From the human T2T-CHM13v2.0 reference genome, Homo sapiens, in the NCBI RefSeq assembly GCF_009914755.1, contig NC_060936.1: a DNA stretch of 64,000 nt. The stretch is one strand, 5' to 3'. Positions 31,370 to 47,435 of the stretch are shown piece by piece. The translations under genes and the position numbers were made by a program. Below the pieces are notes generated by a model that was not told where the DNA came from, did no database searches, and was given only the letters and a program-made list of their open reading frames with translations. How positions within the stretch are numbered: the first letter of the stretch is position 1; each line of letters starts with the position of its first letter.

Positions 31370-32530
31370 CTTATTGATGTGTTATCAATATTCTCTCCCA
31401 GTTTGTAGACTGTCATTTTACTCTCTTTGTGGTATCTTTTGATGAGCAGAAGTTCTTAACTGTAATGTAATTCAATTAATCTATGTTTTATGGCTTATGT
31501 TCTTTGTACCATATTTACAAAATTCTTTCCTACCCTAAAGTCATAAAGATATACTCTTTTATTAACTTTTTAAAGTTTAGTAATTTTGGCTTTCTCATTT
31601 AGATTTTAAATCCAGCTATGATTATTTTTACATGGCATGAGAAAGACATACAACTTTACATTTGTCTAAAAGGATAACCAATTTCTGAGAATGATTTTTT
31701 TAAAAAAAATCTTTAATTCCCCATGGACCTGCAGCATGACCCCACCCCATCTTGTTTCAAAGGCCCATATATTGATGAGTGTGTTTTGGGAGTCTAATTT
31801 GTTCTATTGGTCTATTTTCGATGCCTGCACCAACACCTTATAGTCTTAATCAATTTAGCTTGATAATGCCTTATATGAAGCATGTACAATTGGGGTGTCA
31901 CTCTCACCTATTTTTTCTTCAAAAGCGTCTTGGTTATTTTTGGTTCTTTGAATATATAAAATAAAAAAGAGCATCAATTTTCAAAGAAAAATACCTGTTG
32001 GGGATACAGTTACTACTTTATTGAATCAACTTAGGGGAAATAGACCTTTTTAAAATATTGCATTTTCTTTTTTTATTATTATTATTATACTTCAAGTTTT
32101 AGGGTACATGTGCACAATGTGCAGATTTGTTACATATGTATACATGTGCCATGTTGGTGTACTGCACCCATTAACTCGTCATTTAGCATTTTCTAACCTG
32201 GTCTGGCTTTCCATGTCATTAGATTGCCATTCAGAAAAGTTTTATGTTTCTCAAGAAAGGTATTGCATATCTCCTGTTATATTTATTATTAAGTACTTGT
32301 TTTAATGCTACTTTAAATAATCTCTTTAATTTTATTTTTCAACTACTGCTGGCATGTGAGATGCATACTGATATTTATTTAATTTTGTTTCCAAATCTCT
32401 TGCTAATTCTTCTAATTTATCTAAATAATCTTTTTTAGTTTTTATGCAAAAACATTATTTGCAAGTAATTTCAATTTTGTTTCTTCCTTTCTAATCATTT
32501 TAATTTTATCTTCTTATCTTTGCCTTTTTT
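31370..32530 (-). mobile_element. Old L1M ORF2 fragment
   Basis: TTTTGATGAGCAGAAGTTCTTAA and similar T-rich antisense L1 phrases. Confidence 0.7.
32069..32185 (-). mobile_element. Extremely 5'-truncated young L1PA (~120 bp)
   Basis: TTATTATACTTCAAGTTTTAGGGTACATGTGCAC...TTAACTCGTCATTTAG; TSD GCATTTTCT (32060-32068 / 32186-32194). Confidence 0.92.
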
Positions 32531-32559
32531 GCATATAGGCATGCTAATTGTCAAATAAA

Positions 32560-33203
32560 GTGGGCTGTGTTGTAAGTAGATGTATTAAACAAATTCCACC
32601 GTTATATGTGTCAATTTGCGATAATTCATTGGTAATAAGTGAAGAAGTAAATATGTGATGAAGAAAGTCCAAAAGAACTATTAAATACCATGTTAATGAA
32701 GATATCTATGATGTTGCAATGCTATATCATCTTGATACCAGTAAGTAAACTTTACAGAATTATCAAATTGTGCCTCATTAAAAATACCCTTTAAAGATTG
32801 CCCATTGGCAAAATTTTGACTAACATATCTGATTACCTTGAGCTAGCAAGCAAAGCTTTGATGTTAGTAACATCGTTTTATACAAATCATTTGTGAACAG
32901 GCATTTGTACAGACTGCATCTTTTAACTACTAAATCAAGCTTTGACAATTTAGTTTTCACAAACATCTTCCATACAGTTTATTTATGTTCTAAATTTTAG
33001 TTATATTTTTCCTAGGGCTTACTTTGTAAGTTTATTTGGTTTTATAGTGGTATAAGAACAATAATTATACTTTGTTTATGCCTAGTGTTGTTACACATTT
33101 AAGTAACTATAATTAAAATAGTTTAAATAAATCCTGAAAACCTATGGGGATGTTTTCCTTTGAGATCATCTGTTATTTTATTACTTATATTTGAGAAATT
33201 CTG
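32560..33203 (+). mobile_element. hAT/Charlie DNA transposon relic (transposase C-terminus)
   Basis: 32831-32907 translates DYLELASKALMLVTSFYTNHL(fs)CEQAF, resembling the hAT dimerization motif; ends GAGAAATTCTG (TIR-like). Confidence 0.6.
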
Positions 33204-33723
33204 TTCTTATGAGCTAGGAAACTCTACTTGGTTCCACTTTGGAGAATCCTGGCTTCCCTGGTCTTCCTAAACGTGGAAAAAAAATTTCCAGTTACCTTCT
33301 TACATTGGGTGGAGATATTTCACTACATCATTTTCACCCTGTAAGGGCTACTGAGTGATCTTTTTAAAATGGCCATCTGATTCTAACCTTTGACTACTTA
33401 AAAGTATTCAGTAATTTTCCTTTAATTTTAATATAAAGTTCAAAATTTTTAACATGACTCAGAATACTCAATAATTTGATTCCTACCTCCCTCTCTAAAT
33501 TCATTTTTGCAAACTATTTCTTCCCCAGTTCACTTTATCTCAATAAATAAAAAACTCCAAGACCAAAAGTCTTGGAGTCACCCTTTCCTCCCAATCATAC
33601 ACCACATTAGCAAATTTTTCAGGCTCTACCTTCAAAATATATATATTTCCATACCATTATCTTGTCCATGCCACCATCTTTGTTAGAATTTTGCAATAAT
33701 TTATTAATTAATGCCCTTATTCC

Positions 33724-34322
33724 TGTATTTGTTTTCTGTTGCCACTGTAACAAATTATCACAAACTCAGCAACTTAAAATAGCACTAATTATTATCTCAC
33801 AGTTCCATACCAGTCCAATAGGCTTGGCTGGCTTTCTGCTCTGGATCTCACAAAGTTAAAAGTGTCAAGACAGGATTGTGTTTCTTTCTGGAGGTTTGGG
33901 GGATGAATCTATTTCCAAGCTCATTCAAGTTGTTGGCAGAATTCAGCTCCACCTGAATATAAGATTGAAGTCCCCAATTCCTTGTTGACTGTTTGCTGGG
34001 GGTTGTTCTCAACTTCTAAAGATCATCTGTACTCCTCAGCTCATTGGCCCTCTTTTCTCTCAAATCTCTCTGACCTTCCCTTTGCCTCATCTCTCCCCAG
34101 CCTTTCTCTTGTTCCGCCTCTCTTTTTCTCTTTCCGGACAGAGAAGTTTCTCCATCTTCAAGGGCCCAAGTGATTAGATTGGACCCATCCAGATAATTCA
34201 GGATAGTTCCCTATTTTAAAGTCAGCTAATTGATAACTTTAATTCCAGGAGGACCTACATTCTTGTTTGACTCAATAACCAAGGGACAGAAATCTTGTGG
34301 GGAGAGAATTCTGCCTACCACA
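33724..34322. mobile_element. MLT1 (MaLR) LTR inserted in L2
   Basis: TGTATT...TGTAACAAATTATCACAAACTCAG start; GTTGTTGGCAGAATTCAG; ends TTCTGCCTACCACA; L2-like flanks (33340-33720, 34325-34790). Confidence 0.8.
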
Positions 34323-34493
34323 GCACTCCTCTAATCTATTTTCACCACAGCAACTGCAATGGTCTTTAAAGAATATTGATGCCTGTTTCTGTCAATTGTC
34401 TGCTCAAAACTGTCCACGGACTTCCCATCTCATTCAGATTAAGAGACAAAACCGTCAGGAAGGTCTATAAAGTCTTACATAGGATGTCGTGTG

Positions 34494-34525
<32 letters not shown>

Positions 34526-36699
34526 ATACCTGTCTGATTTTATTTCCCCTCACTCCTTACTCATCTCCAGCCACACTCGTCTCTGCTTCTCCTCAAACTT
34601 GCAAGCCATTCAATGCATCAGGTCTTTGCACTTACAAATATCCTCATGGTTCTTCTCTTTACCTCCCTCTATGCCTCTGCTCAGAAGTTGCTTTATCGGT
34701 GAGGTAAAGCCCCTTGCTCCCTGTAGTTCCTCACCCCATACATCTTTTTTTCTCTGCAAACTCTTAAAAACCATCTGAATATTCTACTTGTTTAGGTGGT
34801 GCTTGTTTGAGTAAAACCAGACCACAAAAATGTTTTAAGTCCCAGTATTAATTAGTTAAATATTATCTTCATAAGCAAGATAAAACCATTGAGCCTATAA
34901 TCTATTTCTAGGTGGGTTTACGAGAAAATAATTCTATGGGAAGTAAACTTCTGCTCCTAATGCAATAGTCCTGGGGCAGATACACCACTAATGAGGAGGT
35001 CCTACTCTGATGAATGCATATGCGGTGAGACCTGAGCCCTGGACAGGTTGGGGTTGCCGTTGGATCTAGCTTGCTGCTTCAGATGATGCTTTGAGGCTGC
35101 CTTATTCCCTGTTCACCTCTCTCTGGACAAAAGGGCAGGAGTGAAGATTTAGCATCAGTCAAGCCTTGTTGCAAGAAGATGCTCTAATCCTACAGTTGTC
35201 CCAGCCACAGCCATGTCAAGGGAGACTGTGGATTCTGAGAATATACTACCTTAGAGTTAAAAAGGAGGTTAGGTAGGGGAGATGGTAGCTGCTTGGTCTT
35301 CTTTCTAAGTTTTCTTTATTGTTCACTGTTCCCTTTCAGTAGGCCCTTCTTCCTTTTGTAAGGGCCTGGTACAGAGAGCTCAAGTTGATCTGACAGTGTG
35401 AGTGGATTGCAATGGTCATGTTTAATACCTCTCAGCTAATGAAGAAGATATACAGATCAACTTGTGCAAAAATTAAAGGAAATAACTAGTGACATTTGTG
35501 AAGATATTTTTCTGCTTACAATATTATAGAAGCTGTATAAATGATTCTACTAATTTTTTAGAGTCTATTCCATAAACCAGAAACTATCCAGTAAGCTAGA
35601 GATAAGCAGGACTCATAAAGAGCGTACCTTTTTAAACAGGAATGATTAGTTTCACAGAAAGAAAAATAAAAATGTATTTGTTCAATTCATACATTCAACA
35701 GACATTTAAAATGATCAACATTTGACTTTTCTGAATGGTCCAAAAGAGAATGTTGAATTGAATAACCCCTTCTGTGTGTTCCCCAGGCTTTGTGGATTTC
35801 TACAATGCTGTGAGCAATTGCACATCCCAGTCAAAGCCAAGGAGACAAAACCACTGTGTGGTGAGGGCTAATGATTTGCCATAGGACTTTAGATGTGGTT
35901 TTCTGGTCTATCTGGGCTCGATTCCCTCATCTCTAAGAGAGGGTAAACATTTCTCACCAAGGGTTTTGAGAAACAATTGATGAGCTAATTGTACAAAACT
36001 TTGCTAAAATACGATGCCACACAAGGGCTCAATAATAAAGGCCACTTTATAGTTACAGAATGTTTTGAAGGTTGATCAGAGAGGGTGTGGATGATGTCAG
36101 TTTGGGAGCTAATATTTTCTTTAGATTTTGTTTTCTTTTCTTGTGGTGCTGTGAGGAGGGCTGCACATCTCCAGAGTTAGTCACTTAGGTCTGGGCTTCC
36201 TGTGTGTTGGGCATTTTGACAGCAATGGAATGATGGAAATGAATAGTTATTGACTTCAAGGAGCTTAGAGAATGGGGGAGGCAGAAAAATGGGCACTTGC
36301 AATTGCCTGCAGCAAATGCTTCCAGAGTGTAGATGTCAGTGCTATGGAATACACAGGAGAACCATAGCAAAGCAGCTAAATCTGAAAGAATCTGTACAGG
36401 GAGAAATGGATAGAAGAAAATGGTCCCAGGATTGAAGAGAGATGTTCCCATCTGGCTGAAGTGCAGAGGGCACAAGGAGGAGCAGCAGCTGTAGTGGAAG
36501 GCTCATCCATGTTATGGATTTCTACCTAAGCTTTTCCTAAGGGCAGGGGGAAACCATTGAAAAGTTTGAGATAGGAAAGCAACATAATTAGATTTGTGTT
36601 TTAAAAGACCACTCTATAAAGGTGTTCTAAAAGCTCATGGTGTTATTTACATTATATTTACACTGAAAAGTCACTATGAATAATTTTGTTAATAAAAGA

Positions 36700-37920
36700 A
36701 AAAACTTGACAAATAGGATTTTGCTCTGTGAAAGTTCATGTGCAGGGGATGAAAAGACAAGCTATGGAGTGTGAGAAAATATTTGCAAACCTCATACCCA
36801 ACAAAGGATCAGTATGTGGAATATATAATAAACTCTCAAAACTTAACAGTAAAAACAACAAAAAAAATTCAATTAGAAAATGGACAAAAGATGTGAACAG
36901 CTATTTCACAGAGGAGGATTATAGATGGCAAATATGCACATGAAAAGATGTTCAATATCTTTATCCGTCAAGGAAACATAAATTAAGCCCACAAGGAGAT
37001 ATCACTACATACCTATCAGAATGGCTAAAAGAGTAACAACACCAAATGCTGGTAAGGACATGGAGAAACTGGATCATCCATACTTTACTGTGGAATGTAA
37101 ATGGTAGAGCTACTCTGAAAAACAGCTTGGTAGTTTCTTATAAAGCTAAATATGCAACTACATAACACTTAGTAATTGCATTCTTGGATATTTACCCCCA
37201 GAGAAATGAAAACATACATTCACACACCAAAAAAAAAAAAAACTGTACAGGAATGTTCACAGCAACATTATTTATAAGCCAAAAATCAAAATAAATCTAG
37301 ATGCCCTTCAACAGGAATGGTTGAACAAACTGTGGTACATACCACAGAATACTTCTCCACAATAAAAAGGAGCAAACTATTGATGTACACAGCTTGGATC
37401 CATCTCTAGGGAATAATGCTGACTGAAAAAGCCAGTCCCAAAAGGTTGCATACTGTATGATTCCATTTATGTGACATTTTTGAAATGACAAAGTTCTTGA
37501 AATGAAAAACAGATTAGTTGTTGCCAGGAGTTAGGGATGAAGAAGGTGGGGGCTGTGCAGGAGGGAGGTAGGTATACTTGTAAGTGGACAAACCGAAGGA
37601 TTCTTGCAGTATTGAAAGTTGACTGGTGGTGGGTATGTGAAACCACAGGTGATAAGCCTGTATAGCACTTAATACACTCACACATATATTCACAAGTATA
37701 CACACTCACACATACACACATGCAAATGACTATAAGTAGAGCTGGAAAAATCTGATGAAAATAGATGTGCCATGTCAATGTTAATAACATTATTAGACTA
37801 TAGCTTTGCAAAATCTTCCCATTGGGGGAACTGGGGAAAGTGTACAGGCAATCTTCTTGTGTTACTTTTTATACTGCATGTGAATCTACAATTATCACAC
37901 TAAAAATTTCAATAAAAAAA
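36700..37920 (+). mobile_element. L1MC-type 3' portion
   Basis: ORF2 C-terminal remnant (MKRQAMECEKIFANL..) and L1MC 3'UTR ending TGCATGTGAATCTACAATTATC...AATAAAAAAA. Confidence 0.85.
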
Positions 37921-37957
37921 GGTCACTCTGACTGTCATGTAGAGACGAGATCGAAGT

Positions 37958-38130
37958 CAGTGGTTTTCACATGTTAGTGCTTGGAGGGCTTGTTAATCAC
38001 AGATCGCTGGGCTTTACCTCCAGAATTGCTTATTCAGCTGGTCTGGGTAGGACCTGAGAATTTGCCTTTCTTGCAAGTTACCAGGTGATGCAGATACTTC
38101 TGGCTGGGGAACCATTCTTTGATATCCACT
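37958..38130. mobile_element. MER5A-like hAT MITE
   Basis: CAGTGGTTTTCA...GGACCTGAGAATTTGC.TTTC...CAGGTGATGC. Confidence 0.75.
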
Positions 38131-38254
38131 AAATTAGAGTCATTGTAGCTTTCCCTTGACCTCCATTTATTTCAAAGGGGAAAACAGAGCATCTACTTGT
38201 TCCTTGGTGTTTCTTTCACAAAGTCTTTAAAGACTGCCCATGCCTTTGTCTTTT

Positions 38255-40062
<1,808 letters not shown>

Positions 40063-40885
40063 TATATTAGAGGAAGACAGGAAGACATTAGGAAGCCAGT
40101 TAGGAATTTTATTTTATTTACAGTATTAACAAGTAGGTGGGTCCACCAAGAGACACCTAATTTTGAAACAGGATGTAGCAAAGGAAAAACTGAGGTGAGG
40201 TCTCCACAGGGTAGTGGTTATTGACTTCTAGTCTCTAACCTGCAGATGCAGATGGCAACACTAACTTACCTCCTTCACAGCAGGTGCTATTCTAATTAAC
40301 CAATAAAGATATTTTAAAGCACATAGGAAGAAGAAAGCCCAAGATTAACACTAAGTGGCAATTAGTGGTATTAAGCAATGCCTATTATCTGCTCATAAAC
40401 ATATCAACACATTGATCTTAGAAGGAAATAAAACCAGACAGTGTTTGTGAACTGCCAGGCTTTCAGGGGCATCTTATTTATACGAGTCACAGAATCAATT
40501 GACCCTTGAACAATTATACTTCACATTGGTTAATTCTACCATCCTAGAATTTAATCTTTCAGCTGCCTATTGAAGCCCTACTCTGGTTTTTTCATCATGT
40601 CACTGTGAGGTTTCTGGAAGTTGAGAGCAGTATCTAATTTCTTGGCCCCCTTTTATTCCTAGCTATGATTTTAGGCCCTGCTGTCAACATTCAGAGAAGA
40701 AGTAAGTCACTGAGGACCACAGCTCAGGGTGCTGAGTGTGTGTGTTTAATACCAGTTCCACGCACATGAGTCATCCCAGCTCTATTTGTGGAAAGGGGCA
40801 GAAGATTGCCAGATGATCTTCAGCACTTGCCTTGGCTCCATAGTTATCTAAGAGGATGTTAAATTGGAATAATTCTACTCATTTA

Positions 40886-41341
<456 letters not shown>

Positions 41342-41349
41342 TCATGAAG

Positions 41350-42140
41350 AGATAGTGTGGTATAGAGGAAACAATCTGGTTGTTGAACTCAAACAGATTT
41401 AGTGTAAGGTATATGGATGTGCTTTGGTCAAGGAATATGCTGAAGCAGATATAGAGGCGTGCATGACTAAGTGAGTTTGGTGCACAGTGTCATACTTGAC
41501 TCTGAGCCACTATTGTCTGCAAAAGGTATAATTGCCCTGCTAATGCTGTACAGGGGCGCTTGGGGCTCAGCTCAGCTCAACATGGCTTGGAATTGCAGGC
41601 GCACTGGCACCCAGAGAAAGAGAGAGCCAAAGCTGTCCGTCTGCAAGAGAGAGCAAGGACACAGTTCAGCTTGCTCACGCCCAGAGAAAGAGTTAAGCTG
41701 CTGACTCTGAAGGCAAGAGAGAGCTGCTGACCCTGAAGGCAAGAGAGAGCCGGCCACACAGTGGTGTGTGGGAGCCACCGGCTCAGGCAGCCAAGACAGG
41801 GAGGACAGTGTAAGCAGCTAGTGTAAGTAAGCTGTTAATGAGAGCTGTTGCTAAATAAAATCATCTTTCACCTGCCTACGGCCCCCCGAGTGTTCTTTCT
41901 GTCCATCCGCCCACTCCCCTCAGACTTCAGCATGGGCTGGACCTGGACCCCAGGATGTGACATTTAGGTTTGAATATCAGAGCTGCCATATAATAGCTGT
42001 TTGGTAAAGTGCTTAAAATTCTCTAAGCCTCCGTTTTTCCATCTGTAACATGGACTAAAATGCTTGCCCTATGTGGTTGATTTGAGAAATAAAGTGCACA
42101 TATACAGTTTCTAGCATGTGTTTGGCACACAAAAACTCAG
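41350..42140 (+). mobile_element. MIR split by the solo LTR
   Basis: CAAACAGATTTAG|GTTTGAAT junction; CTCTAAGCCTCCGTTTTTCCATCTGTAACATGG core. Confidence 0.75.
41403..41962 (+). mobile_element. Solo ERVL LTR (LTR18-like)
   Basis: TGTAAGG...TGTGACA termini, 5-bp TSD TTTAG (41398-41402 / 41963-41967), AATAAA at ~41854. Confidence 0.85.
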
Positions 42141-43161
42141 TTCCCTTCTCCTCAGATTGAAGATAATGGCTTGGTTTTGGTATAGGTTTTTTATCCCCCA
42201 TAAATTTAATAGTGTATGACAAAAATTAAGTGATTATATGACAGGTCCAGTTTGCTTTCTCTTGTTTTCTTTTCTCCACTGCTTCAGTCAGCATAAAGTT
42301 AGTCGTTCTGAGGTTCAGTCAGTTCTAGTCCATTTGCCAATGATCCCGAGGCTCCTTTTATGGTCTGAAAAGCGATATTCATATCTGGAAAGCATCCAGA
42401 TCATAATGATACTCTAGCTCATGTTTGTCAGACATAGCTACAAAAACAGACTATAAAATATTAAAAGTAACAGAATTATTTTTCTATACCCTCAAAAGAA
42501 CTTAACAAAAACCAACGGAATTCTTAGACTTGTATGACCAAAACCATATTACGATATATGATTATAATAAAAAGATGAAATAGGATACAAGTTGCTAAAG
42601 TTCAACTCTACGAATAATAGTAAACTAATTCTCTGTGAAGTGCATTAGCCCTTTGGTAAATATGAAAATGAGTTTTTCTTTAAAATAAATATGTATATAT
42701 TTTTCAGAGATAAAAATGAGCAGGCATAGGTTTTAGGTGAAAATCAGTTTTGTTCGACAGCATAATAATTTGGAAAAATTAAATGCAAATGCCTTGGGCA
42801 GAGCATGCATTCTCCAGCTAGTCACCATTTCTACCTCCCTTCTTTTATGCCCACTGGCCCACCTGCTTCACACATCACAGGACATGCCAAGCTTCTAGAG
42901 ACATTTAAGTTTTGTAGATCCCAGTTCCAAGCATTTAGATCAAATTACTGGGCTCCTATTCAGGCAGCTGGGTTCCAACAGCAGGAACCTGAGCTGCATA
43001 TCCTACCTAATCTTTGGGCAGAGTTTTACCTGTTTGGCACAAAGATAGTGGCAGTTTCCTGTAGTTATTAATCTTTGAGTAACTTAATCTTATCGCTGTT
43101 GCTCCTCCAGAATGTCCAACAATCTTTTAAAGAATCTCTGCTTTAAATTTGATCTGTATCA

Positions 43162-43503
<342 letters not shown>

Positions 43504-43549
43504 TATACATACTGAGCTTGCCTTAAGCTCGGTATGTATACTTACCAAT

Positions 43550-44980
43550 ATTCATAAACAGAAAAAGGAAATCAAGGGTTACCAGTCATTTGAGAAAAAC
43601 CAACACCACGAAGGAGAAAGACCAAGATGTAAAGGAAAAACCATGCAGAAAAGGTAACACCTTAGTGAGCAAACAAGAATTTACACTTAAAAACTTAATA
43701 TCAGAATAAAGAAGATTTTGCAATTGAAAATATAAGCTACTATGAAAATAAAACAATCAAAAAATGGAAAAGAGTTTGTTGCAATTAAAAATACAATTGC
43801 CCAAATTTTTAAAAAATTAATAAATGGACTGAATAATGACTTGGACAAATAGACAAAACCATGGTATAAAAGTAAATCCAATGAACTCTTTAGAATATGT
43901 AGAGCAAAGAGTCAATAAGGAAATAAGAGTAGTTTAATTTGTGTCAGGCTATTCTAATGGCTTTAGTTATAGTAACTAATTTAATTCTGACAACAACTTT
44001 TTTGAGCTAAGGATAATTATTATATACATAGAGGGGTTAAGTAACATGCTCAAAGTCACACAGCTAACAGGTAACAAAGCTGAAATTCAAATCCACAGAA
44101 TGTGACCCCCCAGAGACCATGCTCTTAATTAGTATTCTACATTGCCTATTTTAAAAGTAGGAGATAAGTTAAGAGACATGGAGGATATATTCAGGAAGTT
44201 CAATAGCCACCTAACTGGAGTTGTAAAAAAAAAAAAAAAAAAAGCAAACGGGATGAACAGAAGAAAGAAAATATTCAAGAAACAAGAATAGAAAATGCAT
44301 TGAGCTGAAAAAAGACTTGACAGACACCACTAAGTGCCAAAAAATAACTTTTTTTCAAAATAACCTATCTAGACACATAACTGTGAAATTTTGGAACTCC
44401 AAAACAAAGAAAACCTTCAACCTCCAGAGAGAAAAACAATAATATACAGAGTATTGTAAATCAGGTGGACATCAGATGCTTCATTTGCAACAGAATAATG
44501 ATTTGTCAATTCTGAAGTTTTGGATTTAGAATTCTCTACCCAAACAAGTGTTAATCAAATGGGCAGGCAAAATAAAGACATTTGGACATGCAAGAATTTA
44601 GGAAGTCTAGCATTCATTGCTATTTGAATAGATAAAGTAACAAAATGTAGGATGATTCCAAGAAACAGGAAGATTTAAGACATAATAAACATCAGCAGTT
44701 GAGTGTGACTCAGATGTGAAAGACAAAATTAAATAGTGAATTTATTGGGTTTGGGCTTATAAAAGGTTCTCTTTAGAAAAATATAAATGACAATAATATA
44801 TTTCTCTGTAGCTGCAAGCTTAATATTTGTTTCTACTGGTGAAATATTTACATAATCATAGTATTGTAAGAAATGTACTGTACATGACTTTTTAAATTAT
44901 TATTATTTGAGATTTCAAAAAATCATGTTCATATAATTTAGAAAATACCTAATGGATGATAACAAAGAAAATTAATGAGT
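43550..44980 (+). mobile_element. Very old L1M 5'/ORF1 relics with an embedded minus-strand MIR (~43940-44150)
   Basis: A-rich ORF1-like phrases (TTTAGAATTCTCTACCCA); MIR AAAGTCACACAGCTAA...ATTCAAATCCA. Confidence 0.6.
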
Positions 44981-45793
44981 GCCACTAGTTATAAAGAGAT
45001 TTAAGCCAAAACAAAACCAAACAAAACAGATTGTAATTATCAAGCTCTGCTTGATCAAACAATTTTTCCACCCTTTGGGGGGACAACTGTTTTGCTTCTA
45101 CATTTTTTCATAATAATGGGAAGATGTTCTTTTCTTGATCCTGTCTCAACTATTCTTGAAAAGGCAAGCAGCAACACCTTCCAGCAATCCTGAAGAGATT
45201 ACTCGGCAGCAATTCAAGACATAGGCAATGAATTGGAGCCAACTTAACGACTTAGGTATGCTGAATCTAAAAGTTATCTGAAACTTTCCCAGCAAAGCAA
45301 GCATTTTGAGAAGTTAAATAACCTACACCTCCTATTTTACATTTTCCAATTCTGGAATTTACTCATAGATTAAATCAAGGTCTAGTAAATATGGATAGTA
45401 AAGCCATATAAAATTGTAACCATATAATATTATAATGTTCTCTGTTTGCCTATTTTTCTCCTCATTCCTCAACTTTAAGTAATTTGTTTTATTTACAGTT
45501 ATCATGGTGTCTTGGTGACATGTATTTTCCATACAAGAAAAAAGGTTTTTTTAGGTATAATTTTTATTACAGACTACTGACAGGGGAGAGTAAAAATGAA
45601 ACGTACCTTTTAACAGAGATTCAGTTACTTACAAGTAGAGGAAGAGTCACTCCTATTATGCAACTATCCCATATTATCAAATATATACTAGAAGACTCAT
45701 CATTAAGTCCTTTGCCACAGCAAAGAAAGTAAGGAGGGCATAGGCTTTGAACTGATCTGAGTTTGTTAGGCAAGTCACATAAACTCTCTGAGC

Positions 45794-45860
45794 CAAGCTT
45801 GTCCAACCCGCGGCCCACAGGCTGCATGTGGCCCAGGATGGCTTTGAATGCAGCCCAACA
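45794..45860. mobile_element. MER30 terminal fragment
   Basis: CAAGCTTGTCCAACCCGCGGCCC...GGCCCAGGATGGCTTTGAATGCAGCCCAACA. Confidence 0.8.
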
Positions 45861-46930
45861 AGAAAAATATTAAACTCAAAGCAAATGTCTCTATATGACA
45901 TAAATTTAAATATCTTTTTAGAATTTTTACAATAACATGAAACCAAAGCACACTCAAAAGAAAATACTGATTTCATTACATATATGTTAATAAGTCTAAA
46001 AAGATAAATTTTCAAACTAATCAGTAATGAATGCTCATTAATCCTTCTATTCATTTCCAAAACATCTATTGAGAGCTTCCTGTGTATTTCACAACTGTGC
46101 TAAGCTCTGAGAAATCAGTGGTGAAACAGAAACTTGGTGCCTGCCCTCAGGGAGGTTAAACTTGCCAATAAGATCCAACAGGATGGCATTTCACATGGAA
46201 TGTAGACTTTAATTTAGAAAAATTATCCTCTTCTGCTTTCTCTCTTTAACTGTAAATTTATATTTGTGACTTAATCTCCTACTGAAATAAGCTAAATCTG
46301 GTTTGAAATAATGTTCTGTTGAAAGTTGTGCAGTCGGAACTGAAGAGAAACTTCCTGTTAAACGCGGCATACTTATCACATGGGTATCTTCTCTTGCTCC
46401 TGAATACAATTAAAATAAATAACCAAAATGAGGGAAATAGATATGAGTAATCAGCAGACAAGAGCTTTCAATAAATTTTCAATTGATAAAATGAAAAAGA
46501 GGTACAGTAATTGACTTGGCAGAGTGGAGGAAGCTAAAACTGAAGTACCCGCTGAAAGTAGATAGTTCACTGATAAGGAATGAGCCAGTTTGCTCCACTG
46601 ACACTCACAAGAACTGAGTTTCACAGGAAGTGGAGGCAGCAAAGTGTGGATACAGCAAAAGGTTGAAATCTGGGAAATAAGTTGAAAGTCTGCATGTAAA
46701 ATGGCTGCATCTAAAGTGGCTGAGCACTCCCAGATCTTTTTCCCCAACCCACATGGACAGGTAACAACCTTCTTCTACACACCTACCAATCATTTCTCCC
46801 TAAATGATCACAGATTAACTTTTTGAAGAAATTGAGCTAGAGATGTCCCAGACCTGGAAGCAATAGGAGCAATGGGGTAAGTAAGGTACAGGGTTGAAGA
46901 CAGAGTGATGTGTCTTTGAATATTACCTTT

Positions 46931-47314
46931 TGATATGATTTGGCTCTATGTCCCCACCCAAATATCATCTCAAATTGTAATCCCCACATGTCAGGGGAGG
47001 GACCTTCTAGGAGGTGATTGAATCATGAAGGCAGACTTCCCTCTTGCTTTTCTCATGATAGTAAGTGAGTCCTCACAAGATCTCATTGTTTGAAAGTGTA
47101 TAGCACTTTCCCCTTTCTCTCTCTCCCTCTCCTGCCATCTTGTGAAGAAGATGCTTGCTTCCCCTTTGCCTTCCACCATGATTGTTAGTTTCCTGAGGCC
47201 TCCCAGTCATGTTTCCTGTTAAGCCTTTGGAACTGTGAGTCAATTAAACCTCTTTTCTTCATAAATTACCCAGTTTTAGGTATCTTTATGGTAGTGTGAG
47301 AACAGACTAGTACA
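46931..47314 (+). mobile_element. MSTA/THE1-type MaLR solo LTR
   Basis: TGATATGATTTGGCTCT start; AATTAAACCTCTTTTCTTCATAAATTACCCAG; ends GACTAGTACA. Confidence 0.9.
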
Positions 47315-47435
47315 GTTTTTCAGGGGACTCAAGGAAAAGGCCAGCTTGCTGCCTATAACTCTAAACTAAAGCCTCTTCATTGATTAGCCCTCTCATGAAC
47401 ACAACACTTCTAATTGGTCTTTCAGTATTTCATTC

